A stretch of 64,000 bases of DNA from Gemmatimonadota bacterium (GTDB lineage Bacteria; Gemmatimonadota; Gemmatimonadetes; Gemmatimonadales; GWC2-71-9): NCBI GenBank assembly GCA_039588295.1, contig JBDHAB010000001.1, forward strand, positions 288,001-352,000. Direction: 5' to 3'. Shown here piece after piece: positions 39,606 to 49,525 of this stretch (the stretch's first letter is position 1; every line of letters starts with the position of its first letter). Made by a program: the position numbers and the translations under genes. The notes under the pieces were generated by a model that was not told where the DNA came from, did not search any database, and was given only the letters and a program-made list of their open reading frames with translations.

Positions 39606-40973
39606 ATGGCGATCGAAACGATCAACCCGGTAACCGGCGAGACACTCGCGACCTATCGTGAGACCTCCCGCGCGGAGCTGAAACTGATCCTCGAAAGCTC
39701 GGACCAGGCGTTCGAGTCTTGGCGGGGGACCGACTTCCACCATCGAGGGGAGCGAATGAGTCGAGCGGCTGCGCTGCTCCGCGAGCGGCGGGAGGAGTAT
39801 GCCGCACTGATGGCGACCGAGATGGGAAAGCCGGTGTTGCAGGGAAGCGCCGAGGTGGAGAAGTGCGCATGGGTGTGTGACTACTATGCTGAGCACGCGG
39901 AGCGCTTTTTGGCTGCGGAAGCGGTGGACAGTGATGCCTCGAGGAGTTACGTGGCGTATCAGCCGCTCGGCGTAATCTTGGCCGTCATGCCGTGGAACTT
40001 CCCATTCTGGCAGGTATTCAGGTTTGCCGCGCCCAGTCTGATGGCAGGCAATACGGCCGTGCTCAAGCACGCGTCGAACGTGATGGGCTGCGCGCTGGCG
40101 ATCGAGTCGGTGTTTCAAGAATCGGGATTCCCTGAAGACGTGTTTCGAACGCTGGTAATCGAATCGAACCGGGTGCGTGAGGTGATTCACTCGCCGCTCG
40201 TCAGGGCCGTAACACTCACCGGCAGCGGTCCGGCAGGGCGGGCCGTGGGAGCGGCGGCGGGTGCGGAGCTCAAGAAGACGGTCCTGGAATTGGGTGGTAG
40301 CGACCCGTACATCGTGCTGGAGGACGCAGACCTGGACGTGGCCGTGCCCGCGTGTGTGGACTCTCGTCTCATCAACAGTGGCCAGAGCTGTATTGCCGCA
40401 AAGCGGTTCGTCGTTGTCGACCCGGTGCGTGACGAGTTCGAGGATCGATACGTCACCCACATGATGACCAAGAAGATGGGCGATCCGCTCGACGAAGCAG
40501 TCGACGTGGGTCCGCAGGCCCGGGCCGACCTGCGAGACGAGCTCCACCAACAGGTCATGCGATCGATTCGGCAGGGTGCGCGAGCGGTTCTGGGGGCCTC
40601 GATGCCGGAAGGCCCGGGAGCGTTCTACCCGCCGACGGTGCTCACCGACGTCCGCCCCGGCATGCCGGCGTACGAGGAGGAGCTCTTCGGTCCGGTCGCC
40701 GCAATCATCGCTGCTCGTGACGAGGCTGAAGCGATTCGGGTAGCGAACGATACGCCGTTCGGCCTGGGTGCCGCGGTCTTCACGCGAGATGTGGAGCGTG
40801 GAGAGCGCATCGCCGTCCAGGAGCTGGCGGCGGGATCGTGCTTCGTGAACGCCGTTGTGAAGTCCGACCCACGCCTGCCGTTTGGTGGCATCAAGGAGTC
40901 AGGCTATGGGCGGGAACTCGCAGTCTTCGGCATTCGCGAATTCGTGAACGTCAAGACCGTCTACGTAGGCTGA
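39606..40973 (+). CDS. NAD(P)-dependent succinate-semialdehyde dehydrogenase-like aldehyde dehydrogenase
   Basis: MPWNFPFWQ, LELGGSDP, NSGQSC, EELFGP and PFGGIKESGYGREL. Confidence 0.92.
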   Translation: MAIETINPVTGETLATYRETSRAELKLILESSDQAFESWRGTDFHHRGERMSRAAALLRERREEYAALMATEMGKPVLQGSAEVEKCAWVCDYYAEHAERFLAAEAVDSDASRSYVAYQPLGVILAVMPWNFPFWQVFRFAAPSLMAGNTAVLKHASNVMGCALAIESVFQESGFPEDVFRTLVIESNRVREVIHSPLVRAVTLTGSGPAGRAVGAAAGAELKKTVLELGGSDPYIVLEDADLDVAVPACVDSRLINSGQSCIAAKRFVVVDPVRDEFEDRYVTHMMTKKMGDPLDEAVDVGPQARADLRDELHQQVMRSIRQGARAVLGASMPEGPGAFYPPTVLTDVRPGMPAYEEELFGPVAAIIAARDEAEAIRVANDTPFGLGAAVFTRDVERGERIAVQELAAGSCFVNAVVKSDPRLPFGGIKESGYGRELAVFGIREFVNVKTVYVG

Positions 40974-40987
40974 GGGTCCAAGGACAA

Positions 40988-41701
40988 TCACGGATTCGTC
41001 GGACGGATGTCCAGCTCCGAGAGCAGCGCTCGCTCCGGCAGGGTCAGTGCCGCCAACACAGTGTCCGCGACGTCCTCAGCCTGCAGCTTGTGCTCCGGGT
41101 GCTCGATGGCGGTGCCTGCCTTTTCAAAGAACGGTGTGACGACCGATCCAGGGCAGATCGTGGTCACCCGAATTCCGTGTTTGCGGACCTCTCCGAAGAG
41201 CGACTTGGAGAACCCGAGGACCGCATGTTTCGCCGCCGCATACGCAGCAGCACCCGGCACGGGGTTTCGTCCGGCGAGACTGGAGACGTTGATGATGTGG
41301 CCGCGACCGCGTTCCTTCATATGGGGCAGGAAGGCGCGGGTCATGAGAAACACGCCTCGGACGTTCACCGCCATGGTCTCATCGAATGCCGCGACCGATG
41401 TCTCATCGACCGGGGCGAAGTGCGCGAGGCCTGCGTTGTTGACCAGCACGTCGACCGCCTCGAACGTCTCCAGCGCGAAGCCGCAGAACGCCGCAACGTC
41501 CGGCTCACTGGAGACGTCACATGGCCGGCCCGCGGCCGACACGCCATCTGCGGTGAGCTGCGCCACGAGATGCTCCACGCGCTCCGGCGTTCGGGCGCAC
41601 ACCGCGAGCTTTGCGCCCCGACTCGCCAGGCGCCGGGTGATGGCGTGACCGATGCCCTCGGTCGCACCCGTGACGACACACACGCGATCCCGCAAATCCA
41701 T
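40988..41701 (-). CDS. SDR oxidoreductase
   Basis: TGATEGIG, NNAG and YAAAK. Start placed at ATG 41701. Confidence 0.88.
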   Translation of the reverse strand: MDLRDRVCVVTGATEGIGHAITRRLASRGAKLAVCARTPERVEHLVAQLTADGVSAAGRPCDVSSEPDVAAFCGFALETFEAVDVLVNNAGLAHFAPVDETSVAAFDETMAVNVRGVFLMTRAFLPHMKERGRGHIINVSSLAGRNPVPGAAAYAAAKHAVLGFSKSLFGEVRKHGIRVTTICPGSVVTPFFEKAGTAIEHPEHKLQAEDVADTVLAALTLPERALLSELDIRPTNP

Positions 41702-41998
41702 CGAAACCAAAAGTAATCCGGAACGCCTCGGCTTGAAGGAACGACGGGTGGAGGCGGGCGGTGCGCGGAGGAGTCGACGAGGCTCAAATCCAAGTGCGGC
41801 AGCGGGATAGCCCATCGCGATCGCCGATCCCGAGGTCTTCTGACATGCCAGCTGAGCCGGCACGGTTGGCCCGCCACTGGCTGCGGCAGCGGTCCATCCA
41901 CTACGAGCCGCAGAGACACCCGAAGGTGGGTCGGAACGGGGTTGCGGGTGGGGTTCTCCCGCGACATGTTCCGGGTCCCGCAAGAGGGAGGTGTGACC

Positions 41999-44098
41999 GT
42001 GAAGGTCTATACAGGAGATAAGATCCGAAACGTGGCGGTCGTCGGCCACGGCGCGAGCGGCAAAACCAGTCTAGTAGATGCGCTTGCGTTCGTGGCCGGC
42101 AGCAGTTCGCGACATGGGTCGGTACAGCAGGGAACCGCTCTCACCGATTACACCCCCGACGAAATCGAGCGACAGTACTCCATCAACCTCGCTCTCGCAT
42201 ACGCCGAGTGGAACGGCGTCAAGATCAATCTGATCGACACCCCTGGCTACCTCGACTTCATTGGCGATACGATGGCCGGCGTTTCGGCGTCGGACACGAC
42301 GCTCGTCGTGGTAAGCGCCACCGCCGGGGTCGAGGTGGGGACGGAGAAGGCTTGGGAGTACGCGTCGGAGCGTGGTGTGCCGCGGATGTTCTTCCTGTCC
42401 CTGTTGGACAAGGAGAACGCCAACTTCGAGAAGGTCTATCAGGATATCCGGGAGCATCTGACGCCGAAGGTGGTGCCCATTGAGATCCCGGTCGGGGAGG
42501 GCCCGAGCTTCCACGGGATCATCAATCTGTTTTCGAAGAAGTGCCACATGTACAAGAAGGGCACCAAGACCGGCGAGTACGACGAGGCCGAGATCCCCGA
42601 CGAGTATCAAGAGCGGTTCGCGAGGTACTCACAGGAGCTGATCGAGACGATCGCGACTACCGACGACACCCTGCTCGAGCGGTATCTGGGGGGTGAGGAG
42701 ATCAGCCGCGAAGAGGCGATCACGGCGATGAAGGTAGGCGTGGCTCGAGGTGAGATCTGCCCCCTGCTCTGCGGTTCGGCGCATCTCACCTATGGGACGC
42801 GAGCGCTACTCTCGAAACTGAGCGAGTTGGTGCCGGCACCCACGGAGCGTCCGGCGCCTGTTGCCGAAACTTGGGGCGACCCGACCCCGGTCGAACTCAA
42901 GGGGTCGGACGAAGCGCCCTTCGTCGCGCAGATCTTCAAGACCGTCTCCGAGCCGCACGTCGGTGACGTGACGTTCTTCCGCATCTACTCCGGCAGCGTG
43001 AGAAACGGCGCGGAGGTCTACAACGCACCGCGGTCGTCCGTGGAAAAACTCAACCACTTATCGACCGCCCAGGGGAAGGACCGCACCGAGGTCCCGATGC
43101 TGCATGTCGGCGACATCGGAGCCGTGGCAAAGCTGAAGGACACGCATACCAACGATACACTCTCCACCCAAGCGTGCCCGGTCGTCCTGCCGAAGATACC
43201 GTTCCCCGAGCCGCTCACGGTCCTCTCGGTCGAGGTCAAGCAGCGGGGCGAGGAGGACAAGCTCTCAACCGGGTTACAGAGGCTGCACGAGGAAGATCCC
43301 ACGTTCCATCATGAGTACAATGCCGAACTGCGCCAAACACTCCTCGGGGGCCGCGGTGAGCGGCATCTCGAGATCGTGATCGGTCGGCTGGAACGGAAGT
43401 TCGGTGTCCATGCGGAGCTTGGGCGTCCTCGGGTTGCGTATCGCGAGACGTTCAAGGGGAAGGCAGAGGGCCAAGGACGACACAGGAAGCAGACCGGCGG
43501 TCGCGGGCAGTTTGGAGACTGCTGGATCCGTATCCAGAGCCTGCCTCGTGGGAGTGGATACGAGTTCGTGGATCGGATCAAGGGTGGGGTGATTCCGAGC
43601 AAGTACATCCCAGCCGTGGACAAGGGTATCCGGGAAGCGGCGGCGCGCGGCGTCACCGCCGGATATCCGGTCGTCGATTTCAAGGTGGAGTGCTATGACG
43701 GGTCGTACCACGACGTCGACAGCAGCGAGCAAGCGTTCAAGATGGCCGGCATTCTGGCGTTCCGAAATGTCGCGACGAAAGCCAAGCCGATCCTCTTGGA
43801 GCCGATTCTCGAGGTCGACATCTGGACCCCGGAAGACAACCTTGGTGAGGTGATGGGCGATCTTTCCGCCCATCGCGGTCAGATTTTGGGTAGTGAGCCC
43901 GACGGTCGACTAACCAAGGTGCGGGCGCAGGTGCCGGAGGCGGAGATGTATCGCTACTCGACGCAGCTCCACTCGATGACCCATGGGCGGGGGACCTTCC
44001 GGTGGGCCTTTTCGAGCTATCAGCAGGTGCCACCGGAAATCGCGGAGAAGCTTCGCGAGGAACGAGCGAAAGAGCTCGAAAAGGAGAACGCGCGGTAG
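41999..44098 (+). CDS. fusA: Elongation factor G paralogue (EF-G2 type)
   Basis: GHGASGKT, DTPGY, KQTGGRGQFG, DGSYHDVDSS and LLEPI; divergent G motifs mark a secondary EF-G. Not in an S12/S7 operon. Confidence 0.88.
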   Translation: MKVYTGDKIRNVAVVGHGASGKTSLVDALAFVAGSSSRHGSVQQGTALTDYTPDEIERQYSINLALAYAEWNGVKINLIDTPGYLDFIGDTMAGVSASDTTLVVVSATAGVEVGTEKAWEYASERGVPRMFFLSLLDKENANFEKVYQDIREHLTPKVVPIEIPVGEGPSFHGIINLFSKKCHMYKKGTKTGEYDEAEIPDEYQERFARYSQELIETIATTDDTLLERYLGGEEISREEAITAMKVGVARGEICPLLCGSAHLTYGTRALLSKLSELVPAPTERPAPVAETWGDPTPVELKGSDEAPFVAQIFKTVSEPHVGDVTFFRIYSGSVRNGAEVYNAPRSSVEKLNHLSTAQGKDRTEVPMLHVGDIGAVAKLKDTHTNDTLSTQACPVVLPKIPFPEPLTVLSVEVKQRGEEDKLSTGLQRLHEEDPTFHHEYNAELRQTLLGGRGERHLEIVIGRLERKFGVHAELGRPRVAYRETFKGKAEGQGRHRKQTGGRGQFGDCWIRIQSLPRGSGYEFVDRIKGGVIPSKYIPAVDKGIREAAARGVTAGYPVVDFKVECYDGSYHDVDSSEQAFKMAGILAFRNVATKAKPILLEPILEVDIWTPEDNLGEVMGDLSAHRGQILGSEPDGRLTKVRAQVPEAEMYRYSTQLHSMTHGRGTFRWAFSSYQQVPPEIAEKLREERAKELEKENAR

Positions 44099-44130
44099 CC
44101 GGATGCGGGGCCGGCCGGTCGTCGTCGGCC

Positions 44131-45327
44131 CTAGGTCCGCTTCTTCTTCGTCTTGCGCCCGCCGTTTCGCAAAGAGGGACGAGCGCTCTTCGCACTCACG
44201 GTTCGGCCTTGATCGAACAGCGGGAGCACCGCGTACTCGGGTTCGGCGATTCCCGCTGCCACCATCACCTCCTGCGGCGTCTGTGGGTAGACGAATCGGC
44301 CACCGCGGTAGTTGCGGAGCACGACCTCCGTGTCCGAGATGCTTTCGACGTACTCCGGCAGCAGGGGGATCTTGCCGCCACCGCCCGGTGCATCAATCAC
44401 GAAGTGCGGTACTGCGAGGCCGCTCGTCCATCCGCGTAGCTCGCCCAGGATCTCCAGGCCCTTCTCTACGGTCGCCTTGAAGTGCTCAATCCCGGCGACA
44501 TTGTCGCACATGAAGATGTAGTAGGGGCGAACCCGTGCAACGAGCAGCCCCTGCAAGAGTTCCTTCATCACTGTGGTGTCGTCGTTCACGCCCTTCAGAA
44601 GGACAGTCTGACAACCCAGCGGAATCCCGGCATCGGCGAGCATTCCGAGTCGCTTGACCGCTTCGGGGGTGAGTTCCGCTGGATGATTGAAGTGCGTATT
44701 GATGTAGAGCGGGTGATGTTTCTTCAGCACCTTGCACAGCTCTGGAGTGATCCGTTCCGGCAGGTGGCACGGAATGCGACTTCCAATCCGGATGATGTCC
44801 AGGTGTTTGATTTTCCGCAGTCGCCCGAGGATCAAATCGAGGCGACGATCGGAGAGCAAGAGGGGATCGCCGCCCGACAGGATCACATCACGGATTTCCC
44901 GGTGCTCCTCCAGGTATTGGAACCCACTCTCCAACTGAGCGATAGGGATCTTTTCGGGATCTCCGACCTTGCGCCGGCGTGTGCAGAAGCGGCAGTAGGC
45001 GGCGCAGACGGGGCTCACGAGGAAGAGCGCACGGTCGGGATACCGGTGCGTGATGTTGGGAACCGGGCTGTCACCTTCTTCGTTGAGGCTGTCAAGCACG
45101 CCGTCGACGACCTCTAGCTCTTGGAGGTCGGGAATGTACTGCCTCCAGATCGGGTCGTCGGGTTCCTGGATCAGGTCGACCATGGCCGGGGAAATACGGA
45201 ATTCGAAGGTGTCTGCGGCCTCCTGCAGTCGATCGAGCTCCGGGAAGTGCTCGGCACCGAACTTGTCAACAAGCTGTTGCAGAGTTCGGATGCTGCGCTT
45301 GTGGAGGAGCTTCTGCCAATCAGCCAT
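44131..45327 (-). CDS. kamA: KamA-family radical SAM enzyme (lysine 2,3-aminomutase-like)
   Basis: HRYPDR, CAAYCRFCTRRR, SGGDPL, HFNHP, QTVLLKGVND and DAPGGGGK (PLP Lys). Confidence 0.9.
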   Translation of the reverse strand: MADWQKLLHKRSIRTLQQLVDKFGAEHFPELDRLQEAADTFEFRISPAMVDLIQEPDDPIWRQYIPDLQELEVVDGVLDSLNEEGDSPVPNITHRYPDRALFLVSPVCAAYCRFCTRRRKVGDPEKIPIAQLESGFQYLEEHREIRDVILSGGDPLLLSDRRLDLILGRLRKIKHLDIIRIGSRIPCHLPERITPELCKVLKKHHPLYINTHFNHPAELTPEAVKRLGMLADAGIPLGCQTVLLKGVNDDTTVMKELLQGLLVARVRPYYIFMCDNVAGIEHFKATVEKGLEILGELRGWTSGLAVPHFVIDAPGGGGKIPLLPEYVESISDTEVVLRNYRGGRFVYPQTPQEVMVAAGIAEPEYAVLPLFDQGRTVSAKSARPSLRNGGRKTKKKRT

Positions 45328-45841
45328 AGTGTGCCGTCTCGGTTGCGGGAGGACTGAGATGCTTGGTGTAGACGATCAGATCGTCACCCGGCGCGTAGTA
45401 TCCGGAAATCCGCGCCGCCTGATCGTAGCTGAGTGACTCGTAGAACCGACGGGTTGGCGTGTAGTCGTCACGCGACGATGTCTGAACCACGATGAGTTGC
45501 CCGTTCCGCTCCTGCATGCTCTCTTCCGCAGCGGCCATGAGATGTCGGCCTACGCCCTGCCGGTGCGCGGAAGGATCGACGATAATCCAGTACAGGTCCC
45601 ACGTGGCCGTCGTGCACGGCGTCGGGCCGTACAACGTGAATCCGATTAGTGTCTCATCGTCGAATGCGCAGAGCCCGTGGTAGTCGCCCCCTGGTTGGGC
45701 AACGGCTTCATCGAAGACCTCCAAGGCCACGGTCACCTCGTCAGATCGGAACACACCGGTCGCCTCGACCATCTCGGCAACACGGTCGTGGTCCGACGCA
45801 CGCGGCGGGCCGAGCGTGACCAGGGTGTTCGACATACTCAT
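45320..45841 (-). CDS. GNAT N-acetyltransferase
   Basis: LYWIIV...RQGVGRHL acetyl-CoA motif A and TRRFYESL. ATGA overlap with the upstream gene. Confidence 0.85.
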   Translation of the reverse strand: MSMSNTLVTLGPPRASDHDRVAEMVEATGVFRSDEVTVALEVFDEAVAQPGGDYHGLCAFDDETLIGFTLYGPTPCTTATWDLYWIIVDPSAHRQGVGRHLMAAAEESMQERNGQLIVVQTSSRDDYTPTRRFYESLSYDQAARISGYYAPGDDLIVYTKHLSPPATETAHYG

Positions 45842-46863
45842 GCGACCGAGGAGGGTTCGGGGGTCGCATCCCACTGCCCGGCGGGCGGCCTCGTACCGGG
45901 TGGCAGTGTTCTCGGATAGTCGACCGCCGCCTGCATGACCTGAAGCACCAGATGCTCGTAGGACCAGCCGAACGCCCCGGCCATGCGAGCGAGTCCCGCG
46001 TCGGTCGACAAGTCAGGGTTGGGGTTGACCTCGAGCACCCACGGCTGGCCGTCGGCATCGACCCTGACATCCACGCGGCCGTACCCCCGCCCTTCCACCG
46101 CGCGCCACGCGTGGGTGGCGACGTCGATCACGCGTGCGGCCAGATCACCATCCAGGGCGGCCGGGCACACCGGCTCGGTCCCGACGTACTCCGGACTCTC
46201 ATCGTGCCACTTCGCGGCGAATGACACGATCGGCCAGGCGTCCTCCGGCATACGCGAGAAGTCGATCTCGGAGAGTGGCAGCGTGTACTCGCCCACGAAC
46301 CCCACGGCGATTTCTCGGCCTGCGACGTATTGCTGGACCAGGACCGGCCCGTGGAGTTCCCGGACCTGCCCCACCCGCTGCCGGAGGGCGTCTTCAGTGG
46401 TCACGACCGAACCTTGGTCGATTCCAATACTGGCGTCCTCGGCTGCGGGCTTCACGATGGCGGGCAAGGCGACGGCCAACTTCGACCCATCTCGCGGCAC
46501 GAGCCAGCGAGGGACCGGGAGTCCCGCCGCTTGAAGCACTGCGTTCAACAGCGGCTTTCGATGGCAGACCGTCATCGTCCACGCCGAACACCCCGTGTAC
46601 GGGATTCCGGCAAGTTCGATTGCCGACGCGACCTTGTACTCCAACTGGCTGACACCCTCGATGCCTTCGCACAGGTTGAACACGAGATCGACGTCGCGCA
46701 CGGCGTCGAACCAGGCCAAGTCCGAGCACACCGCAACCCGCGTGACATCGTGGCCCGCCTGCCGCAGGACCTCGTGCACTCCGCGCACGGATTCCAGCAC
46801 CGCCTGAATGTCCTCGGGACTCCAGGTCTCAGCGCCGCCGTCGTACAACACCGCGACCTTCAG
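45838..46863 (-). CDS. D-Ala-D-Ala-ligase-like ATP-grasp enzyme
   Basis: VFNLCEG, IPYTG, IVKPAAEDASIGI, GYGRVDVR and LEVNPNPD. Start may be CTG at 46863 or GTG at 46920. Confidence 0.85.
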   Translation of the reverse strand: MKVAVLYDGGAETWSPEDIQAVLESVRGVHEVLRQAGHDVTRVAVCSDLAWFDAVRDVDLVFNLCEGIEGVSQLEYKVASAIELAGIPYTGCSAWTMTVCHRKPLLNAVLQAAGLPVPRWLVPRDGSKLAVALPAIVKPAAEDASIGIDQGSVVTTEDALRQRVGQVRELHGPVLVQQYVAGREIAVGFVGEYTLPLSEIDFSRMPEDAWPIVSFAAKWHDESPEYVGTEPVCPAALDGDLAARVIDVATHAWRAVEGRGYGRVDVRVDADGQPWVLEVNPNPDLSTDAGLARMAGAFGWSYEHLVLQVMQAAVDYPRTLPPGTRPPAGQWDATPEPSSVA

Positions 46864-47942
46864 GGTGTCGCTCCCGCCGTCGGGCTCGGCATCAGCTCCC
46901 TCCGGGTGATGCGTCGCCACGCGATCCGCGTAGCGGTCTGGATCAGCTCGTCGTAGGTCATGCCGACGGCCGCCGCCGCCCGCGGGAAGCAGCTGTTGGC
47001 CATCGGATCCGGAATGATCCCCGGCAAGGGGTTGATTTCGAGGACGTGCGGCGTGCCGTTCCCGTCCAGCCGGAGATCGACCCGAGCCCAGTCACGGCAG
47101 CCGAGCGCGCCGTACGCCGCGAGCGCCGTGCGCCGAACCGCGGCGGCGGTCGCTTCGGTCACGTTCGCGGGACACTCCAGAATGTCGAGTTCGTTGTCGG
47201 GCACGTCCCACTTCCACTTGGCCTCATAGCCCATGATGGGCAATGCGCCGTCCGGGAGTTCGTCGAACCGATATCGGATAATCGGGAGCGCCGCGGCATC
47301 GTCACCGTTGCCGAGGACTGCCACCGTGAACTCCTCGCCCGGCAAGTAGGCTTCGGCGAGGACTGGCTGTCGATAGGTCGCCAGCAGCTGCCGTGCCCGA
47401 TCGATCGCCTCGTCGGGCGTTCGGACGTAGTTGGCCTCCGCTATTCCTTTAGAGGAGCCTTCCCAAGCCGGCTTGAGGAACACCGGATACGGATGGCCGT
47501 TCCGCAGGGCATGCAGGTCAGCCGGCGTCTCGATCCAGAGAAACGGTGGTGTGGGGACGCCGCGCTGCCGGAACACTTCCTTGGCTCGGACCTTGTGCAG
47601 TGCGATCCCGAGCGTGAGCGGGTCGCTCCCGAGGTAGGGGACTCCGACAAACTCGGCAATGGCGGGAACGTGCCCTTCTCGATTTGGACCAGCCAGGCCT
47701 TCAGCCATGTTGAAGAGGAAGTCGACCTTCGCCTCGCGGAGGCGCGTGGGAAAGTCGTCGACCGCCTCGAGGAGGGTTACCTCGCCAAACAGCTGCAACG
47801 CATTGCGGACGGCGTTGACGGTGTCTCGGTCATCCCACTCGACGTATGCGTCAGTAAGCGGCTCGAAGGTGGTGCGACGTTCGCCGTCGTGGTCCACGAC
47901 GACGTCGTCCGGCCGTTGATTGAAAGCGAGTCCGATGCGCAT
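46860..47942 (-). CDS. D-Ala-D-Ala-ligase-like ATP-grasp enzyme
   Basis: FNMAEG...RE, YLGSD, KPAWEGSSKGI, RDWARVDLR and LEINPLPG. Confidence 0.88.
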   Translation of the reverse strand: MRIGLAFNQRPDDVVVDHDGERRTTFEPLTDAYVEWDDRDTVNAVRNALQLFGEVTLLEAVDDFPTRLREAKVDFLFNMAEGLAGPNREGHVPAIAEFVGVPYLGSDPLTLGIALHKVRAKEVFRQRGVPTPPFLWIETPADLHALRNGHPYPVFLKPAWEGSSKGIAEANYVRTPDEAIDRARQLLATYRQPVLAEAYLPGEEFTVAVLGNGDDAAALPIIRYRFDELPDGALPIMGYEAKWKWDVPDNELDILECPANVTEATAAAVRRTALAAYGALGCRDWARVDLRLDGNGTPHVLEINPLPGIIPDPMANSCFPRAAAAVGMTYDELIQTATRIAWRRITRRELMPSPTAGATP

Positions 47943-47959
47943 TCAACTCCAAGTACTTC

Positions 47960-48003
47960 ATTGTGTTGCGCAACACGATAAGGAATGCTTGGAAGATTCG
48001 CAA
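47960..48003 (-). promoter_or_regulatory. Sigma70 promoter with overlapping palindromic operator for the ATP-grasp/GNAT/KamA operon
   Basis: Minus strand TTGCGA (48003-47998), 17-bp spacer, TATCGT (47980-47975); upstream A-tracts; perfect palindrome GTGTTGCGCAACAC at 47963-47976. Confidence 0.65.
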
Positions 48004-48112
48004 TAGTTTTTTGGCGACTTTTTTTCGAGGCGGCCGCGCCGCGCGGCTCGGGCGTGCCGCGTGAGTGCGTTTGAAAGGTCGAGCGGAAGGCGATGACGGA
48101 GTTCGGGGGAGC

Positions 48113-48610
48113 CTACTCGAGTCGTGCGCGCCTGAGGTAGAGGCGGAAGCTGTACGCAAACCCGTGGCGCTTGTCAGCCGAGTGCCATGCGTCCTCTTCC
48201 AGGTGCCACTCCTCTGTGTCGAACTCGGGAAAGAAGGTGTCTCCGTCCACGACGGCGTGTACGACCGTGAGGTATATCCGGTGGGCACGGTCGAGTGCCG
48301 CGCGGTAGATCTCTTCCCCACCGACCACGAACACCTCCCGATCCCCTTCAGCACGGCCGAGAGCTTCATCGAGGCTGTGGACGATTTCGATGCCGGGCCT
48401 GCGGTACGTCTGGTCACGCGTGAGCACGATGTTCAGCCGTTGGGGGAGCGGCCTCTCCAAGGTCTCGAAGGTGCGGCGACCCATGATCACGGCGTGGCCG
48501 ATCGTGAGCGCCTTGAAGCGGCGCATATCTCTAGGCAGCCGCCACGGGAGCGCACCTTGGCGACCGATCACTCGGTTCTCCGCCATGGCGGCGATCAGCG
48601 AGATGATCAG
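48113..48610 (-). CDS. folA: Dihydrofolate reductase
   Basis: [15 protein letters not shown]...LPW.LP.D, MGRRTFE, RPLP.R, VVGG and GDTFFP. The conserved first strand lies upstream of the track ATG (48586), implying a CTG start at 48610. Confidence 0.93.
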   Translation of the reverse strand: MIISLIAAMAENRVIGRQGALPWRLPRDMRRFKALTIGHAVIMGRRTFETLERPLPQRLNIVLTRDQTYRRPGIEIVHSLDEALGRAEGDREVFVVGGEEIYRAALDRAHRIYLTVVHAVVDGDTFFPEFDTEEWHLEEDAWHSADKRHGFAYSFRLYLRRARLE

Positions 48611-49401
48611 ACGGCCACCGGAGCTGCGATCCGTGGATGGGGGTCGTAGCCTTCGAGTGTGAAGTCCCGATAGGCGAAATCGAACAGAGACCCGATCTCG
48701 GGGTTGAGCTTCATTCGGGGGAGGTCGCGCGGCTCTCGGCCCAGCTGGAGGCGCGCCTGCGCGAGGTGGTTGGTGTACAAATGGGCGTCTCCCAAGGTGA
48801 GAACGAACTCACCTGAGTGGAGTCCGCAGACCTGTGCCACCATCAGCGTGAGGAGGGCATAGGACGCAATGTTGAACGGCACGCCGAGGAAGACATCAGC
48901 ACTTCGTTGGTAGAGTTGACATGAGAGCCGGCCGTCCGCGACGTAGAACTGAAACAGCACGTGGCACGGCGGGAGGGCCATCGCCGGTAACTCGGCGACA
49001 TTCCAGGCGCTGACCATGAGCCGCCTCGAATCAGGGTCCGTGCGTATCGACTCGATGACCCGTGCCAGCTGATCCACTCGCTTACCATTCGGCGTGGGCC
49101 ACGACCGCCACTGCGCGCCGTAGATGGGTCCGAGGTCCCCGTTCTGGTCGGCCCACTCGTCCCAGATGGTCACACCGTGGTCACGCAGGTAGCGCACATT
49201 GGTGTCGCCGTGGATGAACCAGAGCAGCTCATGAATGATGGATTTGAGATGGACCTTCTTCGTGGTGACCAGCGGGAACCCGGCCGCCAAGTCGAACCGC
49301 ATCTGATACCCGAAGATGCTGAGGGTACCCGTACCCGTGCGGTCCTGTTTCGGACGGCCATGCTCGAGAAGGTGCTCTAACAGATCGAGATACTGTCTCA
49401 T
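48607..49401 (-). CDS. thyA: Thymidylate synthase
   Basis: [33 protein letters not shown] and C-terminal APVAV. Confidence 0.97.
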   Translation of the reverse strand: MRQYLDLLEHLLEHGRPKQDRTGTGTLSIFGYQMRFDLAAGFPLVTTKKVHLKSIIHELLWFIHGDTNVRYLRDHGVTIWDEWADQNGDLGPIYGAQWRSWPTPNGKRVDQLARVIESIRTDPDSRRLMVSAWNVAELPAMALPPCHVLFQFYVADGRLSCQLYQRSADVFLGVPFNIASYALLTLMVAQVCGLHSGEFVLTLGDAHLYTNHLAQARLQLGREPRDLPRMKLNPEIGSLFDFAYRDFTLEGYDPHPRIAAPVAV

Positions 49402-49525
49402 TGCGAAGCGAGGAAGCCCGGTTGCGAAGGAGGGCCGTTGGCGGTCGAGATGCTCACCCAAGGGAATTAGTGCATGGGCTGGTGCCTGGCAACTCCCGTT
49501 CGCCGGTTGCGGGCCTCCCGTGGGT

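Noticed and set aside
44131..45327. EF-P beta-lysylation (epmB) locus
   Set aside because: No efp or epmA is nearby; the context is ATP-grasp/GNAT.
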